A stretch of 19,701 bases of DNA from a bacterium (lineage in GTDB: Bacteria; Zhuqueibacterota; Zhuqueibacteria; Oceanimicrobiales; Oceanimicrobiaceae), in contig JBBIIG010000071.1 of the NCBI GenBank assembly GCA_037446635.1, positions 1 to 19,701 on the forward strand. Reading direction: 5' to 3'. Numbering within the stretch: position 1 is the first letter of the stretch; the number at the start of each line of letters is the position of its first letter. The notes under the pieces are model-generated. The model worked only from the letters and a program-made list of their open reading frames with translations. It was not told where the DNA came from and did not search any database. Of the stretch, positions 1 to 7,314 are shown piece by piece. Made by a program: the position numbers and the translations under genes.

Positions 1-1
1 G

Positions 2-328
2 GCGTCGAGAATATTCAACGATCTCATCGCCACTACTTTTACCGAGGCCTGGAACCAAAGCAAGCAGAGCGGCGTGGGACTGGCCGAGAGTTTTACGATT
101 TGGAAGCTGTTTCTTTTTTCCATTGCTTACCTTTACGCCATCTATCGCATTCCGGCGACCACCGGCTGGCTCATCGATCACTCCTTTGGCTTCGCTTCGG
201 GGATGATCGTCGCTAAGACCGGAATGGCCACGGCCAAGATTCGCGCGATCACCAGCAGCGCGGCCGGTTTTGCGGGCTCCGGCCGGGCGGCGATCGCGCG
301 CGGCTTTGGTAGAATTTTCGGACGCTAA
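2..328 (+). CDS. C-terminal part of a TraJ/VirB6-like inner-membrane T4SS protein (5' end outside the window)
   Basis: Frame +2 is open from base 2. A hydrophobic helix (LFLFSIAYLYAIY) is followed by RIPATTGWLI, resembling the 'VPxxxxWII' end of Bacteroides CTn TraJ, then a Gly/Ala-rich tail. It lies directly upstream of traK/M/N-like genes. Confidence 0.55.
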   Translation, partial: ASRIFNDLIATTFTEAWNQSKQSGVGLAESFTIWKLFLFSIAYLYAIYRIPATTGWLIDHSFGFASGMIVAKTGMATAKIRAITSSAAGFAGSGRAAIARGFGRIFGR

Positions 329-367
329 AATGGCAGCTTCCATCTAAAATTGTTGAGGCTTTAACCC

Positions 368-1030
368 ATGAACGCGAAACAAAAAATCGATATTGATCAG
401 CAGGTCGATGGCAAGCTCTCTGGCGTGGTGTGGCGCGGCTTTGTCGGCAACAAAAAGAAAGAAAATTTTCTCCGCAACGTCGTCATTGTTTTGCTCATCA
501 CCAACTTGTTGAGCTGGTTCATCCCTTCGCCTTTTAGTAAATCCCAACAATCGGTTTATGTCATTGACGCCGGCCTGCCGAAGGTTGCCACGTTAGTGGA
601 CGAGGGAACGCGCGTGGACGAGCAGATAAGGTACTTCGTCCGGCAGTGGATCCGCTTGCTGCTGGAGGTGCGCAGTGAAACCTATCAGCAGCAGCGCGGC
701 GGCCTCAAAACCGTCTCCACCAACGAACTGATGAAACGGGTGCTGGCGGCGGAGAGCGGCAACCCGCTTCTCAAAGAAGTGATCCAAACGGAGATGATGG
801 GCATCCGGCTTATCGACGTGCGCATCGAGTCGATTGAGCGGCAGGGGGGAACCATCAAGACGGTCTTTACCGATGTCATTCAAGTGACGCTTCCCGATGG
901 CAGCACCGAGCGCTACGAAACCCAGCACTTCGCAGAAATGGTCCCGGTCAGCTACAGCCTCAATGGACTGGGGCTCATCATGACCAACGTTGATAACCTT
1001 TGGAGATTGGAAAGGAAGGTGCAAGAATGA
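368..1030 (+). CDS. traK: TraK/VirB8-like T4SS protein (single TM followed by a periplasmic domain)
   Basis: 220 aa. One N-proximal TM (NVVIVLLITNLLSWFI), then VYVIDAG and IRYFVRQWIRLL, as in VirB8/TraK. Its stop overlaps the next start (ATGA, 1027-1030). Confidence 0.6.
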   Translation: MNAKQKIDIDQQVDGKLSGVVWRGFVGNKKKENFLRNVVIVLLITNLLSWFIPSPFSKSQQSVYVIDAGLPKVATLVDEGTRVDEQIRYFVRQWIRLLLEVRSETYQQQRGGLKTVSTNELMKRVLAAESGNPLLKEVIQTEMMGIRLIDVRIESIERQGGTIKTVFTDVIQVTLPDGSTERYETQHFAEMVPVSYSLNGLGLIMTNVDNLWRLERKVQE

Positions 1031-2079
1031 ACCTCTCGAAATTTAACATCGATCTGGGGCGCAGCAAAAACCTGGTGCGCTGGGTGGTTGCGGGCGCCAT
1101 TGTCGTGTTTCTGGTGGCGGTGTTTGTTTCTTCTTATATAAAATATAAAACTGCCAGCACAACTTCGACCTATCAGCCCGCTTATAGCGAGGACGAGGGC
1201 TTCCAAAAGCTGTACCAGGATTTAACCCGGGATAAGCCGCAGGCAACCCAGCAGAAAAAAGCCTTGGCTGAGGCCACAACGCCAGCGAGTGGGCGGGCCG
1301 AAAAGGTTAGCCCGGCCACCGTTGACGAGTGGGTGAAACGCGGCGGCTGGAAGAATACCCCCGAGTACTGCGATTCGCTGCGGGTGCAGTACGCCATGCT
1401 TGCCTTTGCATTTGGCAAACTGGTGGAGGAGAACCAGGCTTTGAAGAGCGGGGCTCCGGTCAAAAAGGCCAGCAGCGCTGCTAAAACCACTTCCTCGGCG
1501 CCGGCCCGCAGCTCCAGCCCGGCTCCCAGCAGCGGCTTCGATTTTACCCAGTACTTCAACCGCAGCGCCGGCAGCGCCGAACTCACCACTGACAACGGCG
1601 GCGCCGGCGGAGTGAGCGCTTTTTCGGAAGCGGCCTTTGTTTGGGCGACTCTCACGCTGCCGCAAAAACAGCAAGTGCGCACCGAGTCGCTTATCACCTT
1701 CGACGTGGATCAAACCTTCACCGTTGGCGGAGTGGCGGTTCCGCCGGGATCGAAAGTTTCCGGCATAGCGCAGGTCAGCCAGGGAGTGGGGCGTGTTTAC
1801 GTCCGCCTCACGCGGGTGGACACGCCATCGCAAACGATGACCGTGGAAGGCGAGGTCTATTCCCTCGATCGCTCGCGCGGAATCAACGTTTTCGTTCACG
1901 GGGAGAGCGCATTGGCCGAAGGAGTCAAGCGCGAGTTAACCGACTGGGTTGGGCTGTTTGACCCCTCCCGCTCCGGAGTCAGCCGCAGCGTCTTGCAGGA
2001 TACGGACGTGGGGCGAGAATTTTTCGCCACTCTGGACGCCGGCACGATGGTGCTTGCCAAGATTCGTCCCGGGCGCTAA
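1027..2079 (+). CDS. traM: TraM/VirB10-like T4SS core protein (Bacteroides conjugative-transposon type)
   Basis: The ATG at 1027 is coupled to the traK stop and is preferred over the TTG at 1000. N-terminal TM, coiled segment and Ser/Ala/Pro linker. The C-terminal beta domain (QQVRTESLITF...VGGVAVPPGSKVSGIAQ...RVYVRLTRV...VEGEVYSLDRSRGINV) matches the pattern of the CTn TraM C-domain. Confidence 0.7.
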   Translation: MNLSKFNIDLGRSKNLVRWVVAGAIVVFLVAVFVSSYIKYKTASTTSTYQPAYSEDEGFQKLYQDLTRDKPQATQQKKALAEATTPASGRAEKVSPATVDEWVKRGGWKNTPEYCDSLRVQYAMLAFAFGKLVEENQALKSGAPVKKASSAAKTTSSAPARSSSPAPSSGFDFTQYFNRSAGSAELTTDNGGAGGVSAFSEAAFVWATLTLPQKQQVRTESLITFDVDQTFTVGGVAVPPGSKVSGIAQVSQGVGRVYVRLTRVDTPSQTMTVEGEVYSLDRSRGINVFVHGESALAEGVKRELTDWVGLFDPSRSGVSRSVLQDTDVGREFFATLDAGTMVLAKIRPGR

Positions 2080-2127
2080 ACGGCGGGCGGCCTGTTCACG
2101 CCTGCTTCATCAGATTTAAGGAGATTT

Positions 2128-3000
2128 ATGAGAAATACACGCTCAATTATGACTATCATCGTGCTGGGTCTGCTTGAGAATCTTTCCGCGCAAAAATCGC
2201 AAAGCGTCGATGTGATCACTCCCGAAATGCACCTCAAAATCGGCACCCTCTCTTCGGTGGTGCTGCCGGAGCCCTATTTGACGGTTCGGCCCTCGGTGCC
2301 GGTGGTGGAGCTCAAAGACGTGGTGGGCCGCAGCGGCACGGTTTTCACCCTGCAGCCGACGGTCGCCAACCGGGTGAAAACCAACCTTTGGATTTACACT
2401 CAGAACTACGAATTTAACGTCGCGCTTTATCTCAACTATAGTGAAAAAACCACCGACCTGCTGGACCTGGCGAAATTAGTGGGCGCGCCCCGTTTCAAAG
2501 GCAAACCAGAATCGGAGGCGGCGAGCCCAGAGCCGGCCGGCAGCAACGGCGCCCCCAACCGCGAGTCCATCGCGTTTTTGCGCGAATTGATTTTGGCAAA
2601 ACCGCAATTGCTCAAGCCAAACAAACATGCGCCGTCGCAGGTCAAAAACCGGGTGGTGCTGGCGGTGGACCACGTGCAGCCGCACGGCGACAAATTTGTG
2701 TTCGTGCTTTCGTTATGGAACAAATCGAGCGTGCCTTATACCATTTCCTCGCTGAACCTGACTTATAAAGAGGAGGGCGGCGTGGCGTTGATAAACCGCC
2801 GCACGTCAAAATTGATTCCCGTGCCCTCCGTGTATGCGCCGCTGTTTTCAAAACGCACCGTCAGTCCGGGAGAGCGGGCGTTCATTTTTTACATCACCAG
2901 CCGCTTATCGCCCCAGGATAAGGGGAAATACAATGTCGTGCTGCTGGAACAGAGCGGAACGCGCAACTTCGATTTCGACGTGCCATCGTATATCGAATAA
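2128..3000 (+). CDS. traN: TraN/VirB9-like (DUF4138-like) periplasmic/outer-membrane core protein
   Basis: SD AAGGAG upstream and a signal-peptide-like N-terminus. Two beta-rich domains are separated by a linker. The motifs KTNLWIYT, FVLSLWNKSSVPY, TVSPGERAFIFY and VVLLEQSGTRN resemble TraN. It follows traM. Confidence 0.65.
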   Translation: MRNTRSIMTIIVLGLLENLSAQKSQSVDVITPEMHLKIGTLSSVVLPEPYLTVRPSVPVVELKDVVGRSGTVFTLQPTVANRVKTNLWIYTQNYEFNVALYLNYSEKTTDLLDLAKLVGAPRFKGKPESEAASPEPAGSNGAPNRESIAFLRELILAKPQLLKPNKHAPSQVKNRVVLAVDHVQPHGDKFVFVLSLWNKSSVPYTISSLNLTYKEEGGVALINRRTSKLIPVPSVYAPLFSKRTVSPGERAFIFYITSRLSPQDKGKYNVVLLEQSGTRNFDFDVPSYIE

Positions 3001-3003
3001 CGG

Positions 3004-4023
3004 ATGCTCTCCATGCGTTTTCTCTCCAGTGTTTTTTCGAGACTGATTTCTGCGGTCGCTCGCAGTGTCAAATTGATCTCATTTTTTTCCATAATCTATT
3101 TTCTCTATCAGGTGACGCAAACCGCCTCGCCCTTTGTGGTGCCGGTGTGGCTGGATTGGGCAGGTAATTTGTTTCAAATCCAGCTTCCGCGCAACGAGGC
3201 GGCGGACGCCACCGCCGGTTTTGGAAAAGACTTCTGGCTGTTAGTGCTTAGCTTAGCAGCTTATATCGGCGCGACCTGGCTGACCTACCGAGTGGACGCC
3301 TGGCTGAGCCGGCGCCGCCTGGACGGCTTCCTCATCCGCTCACGCCCTGAAGGTCCCCAACAGCCCAAAAAAGATCTTGATAGCAGCGATGAATTCGTAT
3401 TGGCTTATGCCCGCCCAGCTGAGCGAACGGGCAGGATGGTGTCGTATATTTTCCAAGTCATCGGCCTCTGTTGTGGTCTGTTGGTGTGGCACTATTTTAC
3501 TCCGAGGACGGAACTCTTGGCATATATCGAGCACGTTGCCTTACAACTGAATCCGGCGTACTCCTCTGGCGCATTGCCGCCCGGCAGCCGGGAAATGTTT
3601 ATCCGCTTGGGCTTGGGTTTGGCTGGAATGGGGATCGCCTTGTTTTCGCTGTACCGAATTATGAAGCGCGAAGCGCGCGCACACTGCTTGCACTACTATA
3701 TGACCAACCGTGCGCTGGTGGTGATGATGTCATACCTCGGCGGCTGGTTTAAAACCGGCTACCGGCCGGTGTTCTGGCGCATCAAATCCTGGCAGATCCG
3801 CAAAATCGAATACAAGCATTTGCGCATGCCCGAGCCGCAGACCACCTTCACCGAGGAGTTTTTTTGGAACCGCCGCACCATGACCATCCCCTTCGAGAGC
3901 GACGTCGCCCTCGAAGGCCCGGAAGCGATCCTGCATCACGTGAAACCGGAATTTTTCTGGCTGACCGATAACGGCAAACGGGAGGAGTTCATTAAAGCGC
4001 ATCCCGAGTTATTGAAGAATTAA
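3004..4023 (+). CDS. Multi-pass membrane protein with a probable bacterial PH-like C-terminal domain, function unknown
   Basis: About 4 hydrophobic segments. DLDSSDEFVLAYARP and HYYMTNRALVV resemble the 'E.vlw.grP' and 'Y.lTn.Rlii' signatures of bPH (YdbS-like) membrane proteins. It starts 3 nt after the traN stop. Confidence 0.55.
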   Translation: MLSMRFLSSVFSRLISAVARSVKLISFFSIIYFLYQVTQTASPFVVPVWLDWAGNLFQIQLPRNEAADATAGFGKDFWLLVLSLAAYIGATWLTYRVDAWLSRRRLDGFLIRSRPEGPQQPKKDLDSSDEFVLAYARPAERTGRMVSYIFQVIGLCCGLLVWHYFTPRTELLAYIEHVALQLNPAYSSGALPPGSREMFIRLGLGLAGMGIALFSLYRIMKREARAHCLHYYMTNRALVVMMSYLGGWFKTGYRPVFWRIKSWQIRKIEYKHLRMPEPQTTFTEEFFWNRRTMTIPFESDVALEGPEAILHHVKPEFFWLTDNGKREEFIKAHPELLKN

Positions 4024-4111
4024 TTCTGACCAATTCATTATTTCAGGTTCTTTAAAACTGGACTATTGTAAAAACCCTTAGAGGAGATGGCTTCTGTCAA
4101 TGAAAGCAGAT

Positions 4112-4207
4112 CGCTTGGAAATTCATTTCCAAGCTAATAGCTTAAGCTTAATAAATTAAGCTTCTCAATCGACTTCAGCAAATTAGCCTGATGATTCATC
4201 ACCAGCG
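4112..4207. repeat. REP/REPIN-like palindromic element (two related units in inverted orientation)
   Basis: Perfect inverted repeats GCTTGGAAAT-tc-ATTTCCAAGC (4113-4134) and AAGCTTAAT-aa-ATTAAGCTT (4144-4163). The reverse complement of 4171-4207 resembles the left unit, and a related unit lies at 7255-7304. Confidence 0.6.
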
Positions 4208-4243
4208 AGTTTTTGAATTAAAAAGAAGGAGGGGTCAAGAAAA

Positions 4244-4774
4244 GTGGAGACCAGGATGATGGAGAAAGTTTTGCTCACGCTGTCGTTCAGCCTGCTGTTT
4301 GGAACGTTTACGGCCGCGAGCGCGCAATATCAAAAAATGGACAACAGTCAGTTTCTCAGCGCCGCCGGCGCGCCCAATTACCTGGCGCTTTCCTGGTCGC
4401 GGATGCTGACCAATAAAACCTATTTTTCAATCAGCGAGACCTATTTCACCACCGATTATTCTGTGAATAACGAGCAGATATTTTCAACCGATAACTTTCT
4501 GACCGAGCTGGCGCTGGTGCGCTCGTGGTTCCGGCTTAAGGACGTTTATCTCAACGGTGGGCTGGGTGGGTTTTTGCTGTACACCACGTCGAAAACCATT
4601 CAGGACACTAAAATCAACGACTTCTCCGGCGGCTTTGATTTTAGAGGGGAACTGGAATATTTGCCGCTGTGGTGGCTTGGGGTCACCGGCGAGGCGCGGC
4701 AGATGGTTTTTATCGGCTCCGATTTTTACGACACGCGCTTTTTTTTCGGCTTCGGAATTAGAATTTATTTTTGA
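4244..4774 (+). CDS. traO: TraO-like small outer-membrane beta-barrel protein
   Basis: Signal peptide ending ASA-Q, alternating amphipathic strands, GELEYLP and a C-terminal aromatic barrel signal (FGFGIRIYF). Its size and position after traN match CTn TraO. The start could instead be ATG 4256 or 4259. Confidence 0.6.
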   Translation: METRMMEKVLLTLSFSLLFGTFTAASAQYQKMDNSQFLSAAGAPNYLALSWSRMLTNKTYFSISETYFTTDYSVNNEQIFSTDNFLTELALVRSWFRLKDVYLNGGLGGFLLYTTSKTIQDTKINDFSGGFDFRGELEYLPLWWLGVTGEARQMVFIGSDFYDTRFFFGFGIRIYF

Positions 4775-4823
4775 TCACATTTAGCACCAGGGTATTTCAA
4801 AAAAGTTTGTGGAGGTAACTACT

Positions 4824-6353
4824 ATGAATCATCAACGAAATTTAATTTTAATCCTCCTTGGGCTGGTTCTGGCGATGGGCTGCACCAGTGAAGAAAATCC
4901 GGTGGGCTCCAAAAATAACAAGCCAGAGCTGGTGATTGAGGGCGAGGGGCTGGGCTTCGGCGGCTCCGTGTTTGTGTTCGAGGAGGGCAAGAGTTACCCG
5001 TTTGCCGTTCGCGCCACCGACGCCGACAATCATCGGATTTACGTCACTGCGCGCGTGCTCAACAATACCGGCACTGTGAGCATTGGCGAGCCGATGGACA
5101 ACATCTACCCCGGGAGCTTTCGCCCCAACGCCACCGGCGAGCACACCGTACGCATCACTGTCAGCGACCGCATCGATTCGGTGAGCGCCAACCTCACGGC
5201 GCGATTTGGCCGCCTGACAGCCGTGGCCCGGCTCACGCCCAGCAACCAGTTGTTTAACCTGCAGGAATTGACGCTCGACGGCCAGCAGAGCCAGTCGCCG
5301 CACGGCGCCATCACTTCTTATACCTGGCTGCTGCGGAACTCCAGCGGGGTGGTGGAAAAACTCGTGCCCACCGAAACCGGCGCCACCCCGGCCAATCCGT
5401 TTCGTTGGAACGTTCTGGCGCCGGTTGGGCAATATTCCATCGGGCTGGTGGTCGCCGACGTCGAAACCCAATCCGATACCGCGTGGGCGGCGTTCACCAT
5501 AAAAAATTCCCAGCCGGTGGGCGGCTTTCAGGTGGAAACCAATTTTGAGCAGATTCTCGAAAAAGTTATCGTCACCACTTATGAAGCGGACGATCCGGAT
5601 CCCGGCGACAGCCTGTCGCTTGTGGTTGCCTGGCGCCTCGATGGGCAGACCCTCTCCGACTTTAACGGCTTGCGCATGCCCACGATTCCGGCCAAAGGCG
5701 GCCGGCGCCAGCTTACGCAAGTGGTGACCGATCAGCACGGCGGCGTGGGGGAATTCACCCGCGACGTGGATGTGCGCGGAATGCCGGAAGCACACTTCGT
5801 TTTTCCGAATAACGAGACCAGCTTTTCAATTATCAACGATACTACCTTTGCCATCGACGGCACTGCCTCCATCGCCGGGCATTTGAGCACGGGCATCGAG
5901 GAGTATATTTGGTACCAGCGGCCGCTTAATGGCCAGGCGCAGGAGATCAGCCGCGGCAACATTTTAAATACTCTGTCATTCGAGGTGATGCACACGGTTG
6001 GCCTGCATGACATCGGGCTTAAAATTAAAAATCGCGAAGGCCTGGAAACGCTGATTCTCTGGCAGCGGCTTGAAGTGGTCAACAGCCCGCCTACGGCCTA
6101 TTTTGAGTTGGACGTCGATTGCAGCATCAGCGGCCAGTGCGCCTTCAATGTTACGCTCAACGGCTCCAAAGACCGCGACCCATTCGATGTGTTGACGTAT
6201 GACTGGTATCGCAACTGCGAGCTCACCAACCAGCACGACGCCACGCCGGGATTTTCCTCAACCCAGCAAAACCCGATTACTTCGATTATGCTCATTGCCA
6301 AAGATCCGCACGGCGCCTCGGCGCGTTTTGTTTCAGGGCAGGCGTGCCCGTAA
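4824..6353 (+). CDS. Lipoprotein with tandem Ig-like/PKD domains
   Basis: SD GGAGGT at 4811-4816, ATG at 4824 and lipobox LAMG-C. Repeated PKD-type motifs: LTLDGQQSQSPHGAITSYTW, NSQPVGGF..DDPDPGD, IDGTAS..IEEYIW, NSPPTAYF..SKDRDPFDVLTYDW. Confidence 0.75.
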   Translation: MNHQRNLILILLGLVLAMGCTSEENPVGSKNNKPELVIEGEGLGFGGSVFVFEEGKSYPFAVRATDADNHRIYVTARVLNNTGTVSIGEPMDNIYPGSFRPNATGEHTVRITVSDRIDSVSANLTARFGRLTAVARLTPSNQLFNLQELTLDGQQSQSPHGAITSYTWLLRNSSGVVEKLVPTETGATPANPFRWNVLAPVGQYSIGLVVADVETQSDTAWAAFTIKNSQPVGGFQVETNFEQILEKVIVTTYEADDPDPGDSLSLVVAWRLDGQTLSDFNGLRMPTIPAKGGRRQLTQVVTDQHGGVGEFTRDVDVRGMPEAHFVFPNNETSFSIINDTTFAIDGTASIAGHLSTGIEEYIWYQRPLNGQAQEISRGNILNTLSFEVMHTVGLHDIGLKIKNREGLETLILWQRLEVVNSPPTAYFELDVDCSISGQCAFNVTLNGSKDRDPFDVLTYDWYRNCELTNQHDATPGFSSTQQNPITSIMLIAKDPHGASARFVSGQACP

Positions 6354-6362
6354 ATTTTGATA

Positions 6363-6393
6363 AAACTCCGGGGTCTCTAAGACCCCGGAGTTT
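6363..6393. terminator. Perfect 14-bp hairpin (intrinsic terminator or REP-type palindrome)
   Basis: AAACTCCGGGGTCT-cta-AGACCCCGGAGTTT fills most of the spacer between the lipoprotein and glycosyltransferase genes. Confidence 0.6.
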
Positions 6394-6399
6394 AGCGTT

Positions 6400-7218
6400 A
6401 TGTTCGAAACCAGCGTTATCATCCCCACTTACAACCGACTCGCGTTCTTGAAAGAAGCCGTTGCCTCGGTACAGCAGCAGTCCTACCGCAATTTTGAATT
6501 GATCGTCGTCGATGATGGCTCCACCGACGGCACGAAAAATTACATTTCCACACTCGGCGATTCGGTGAAATATATTTACCAGCCCAACGTCGGGCCGGCC
6601 GCGGCGCGCAACCGCGGCCTCCGCGCGGCGTGGGGAGAATTCATCACTTTTTTGGATTCCGATGATTTGTGGCGCAAAGACAAATTACAAACGCAGATCG
6701 ATTTCATGAAGTCGCACCCAGAGGCAATGGTGTGCTACACCGACGAAACCTGGATTCGACGCGGGGTGCGGGTGAACCAGGGCCAGCGCCATAAAAAATT
6801 TTCCGGGTGGATTTTCGAGAAGTGTCTGCCTTTGTGCATCGTCAGCCCGTCGTCGGTGTTGATGCGCCGCCAATTTTTTGACGCCGCCGGCCGGTTCGAC
6901 GAGTCGCTGCCGGTCTGCGAGGATTACGATCTCTGGCTGCGGGCGTCGCTAAAATTTCCTTTCCATTTTATTCCAGAAGAGTTGATTATTAAACGCGGCG
7001 GACATGCCGATCAGCTTTCTTCAAAATGGGGATTGGATCGCTACCGCGTGCAAGCGCTGCTCAAATTGCTGAATAACGACGGCCTGTTGAGCGGCGATTG
7101 GCGCACCGCCGCGCTGACACATTTGAAAAGCAAATGCCGGGTCCTCGAACAGGGATTTCGCCGGCGGGGAAAAACGGGAGAAGCGGATTTGTATCGGGCG
7201 GTGATGGAAAAATTGTAA
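6400..7218 (+). CDS. Glycosyltransferase family 2 (GT-A fold)
   Basis: SVIIPTYNR, ELIVVDDGSTD, GPAAARNRG, FLDSDD (DxD motif) and EDYDLWLR. Confidence 0.95.
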   Translation: MFETSVIIPTYNRLAFLKEAVASVQQQSYRNFELIVVDDGSTDGTKNYISTLGDSVKYIYQPNVGPAAARNRGLRAAWGEFITFLDSDDLWRKDKLQTQIDFMKSHPEAMVCYTDETWIRRGVRVNQGQRHKKFSGWIFEKCLPLCIVSPSSVLMRRQFFDAAGRFDESLPVCEDYDLWLRASLKFPFHFIPEELIIKRGGHADQLSSKWGLDRYRVQALLKLLNNDGLLSGDWRTAALTHLKSKCRVLEQGFRRRGKTGEADLYRAVMEKL

Positions 7219-7219
7219 A

Positions 7220-7240
7220 GCGAAGCTCTGCTTCGCCTTT
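7220..7240. terminator. Hairpin just after the GT2 stop, a possible terminator between convergent genes
   Basis: GCGAAGC-tct-GCTTCGC followed by CTTT. Confidence 0.45.
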
Positions 7241-7254
7241 GAGAACACAATTGC

Positions 7255-7304
7255 CGCCAGAAATTGAAATTTCTGGCTTAGAGCTTAAGTCTGCTGAAGC
7301 AGAC
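7255..7304. repeat. REP-like two-hairpin unit related to 4112-4163
   Basis: GCCAGAAATT-ga-AATTTCTGGC (7256-7277), linker TTAGAGCTTAA, then GTCTGCT-ga-AGCAGAC (7289-7304). Confidence 0.6.
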
Positions 7305-7314
7305 GCGATTTTCT

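Noticed and set aside
4087..4137. 16-codon ORF after GAGGAG
   Set aside because: The SD-like sequence abuts the ATG with no spacing, and the ORF runs through the palindromic repeat.
4024..4243. CRISPR array or oriT in the palindrome-rich spacer
   Set aside because: There are no regularly spaced identical direct repeats and no cas genes. No relaxase or recognisable nic site is visible, and the same hairpin family occurs at 7255-7304 among host genes, which favours a REP-type element.
4848..5795. Long antisense and alternative-frame ORFs (e.g. 4848-5795, 1222-1899, 9506-10123, 11670-12485, 12184-12915)
   Set aside because: These are shadows of well-supported genes in GC-rich DNA, with no recognisable motifs.
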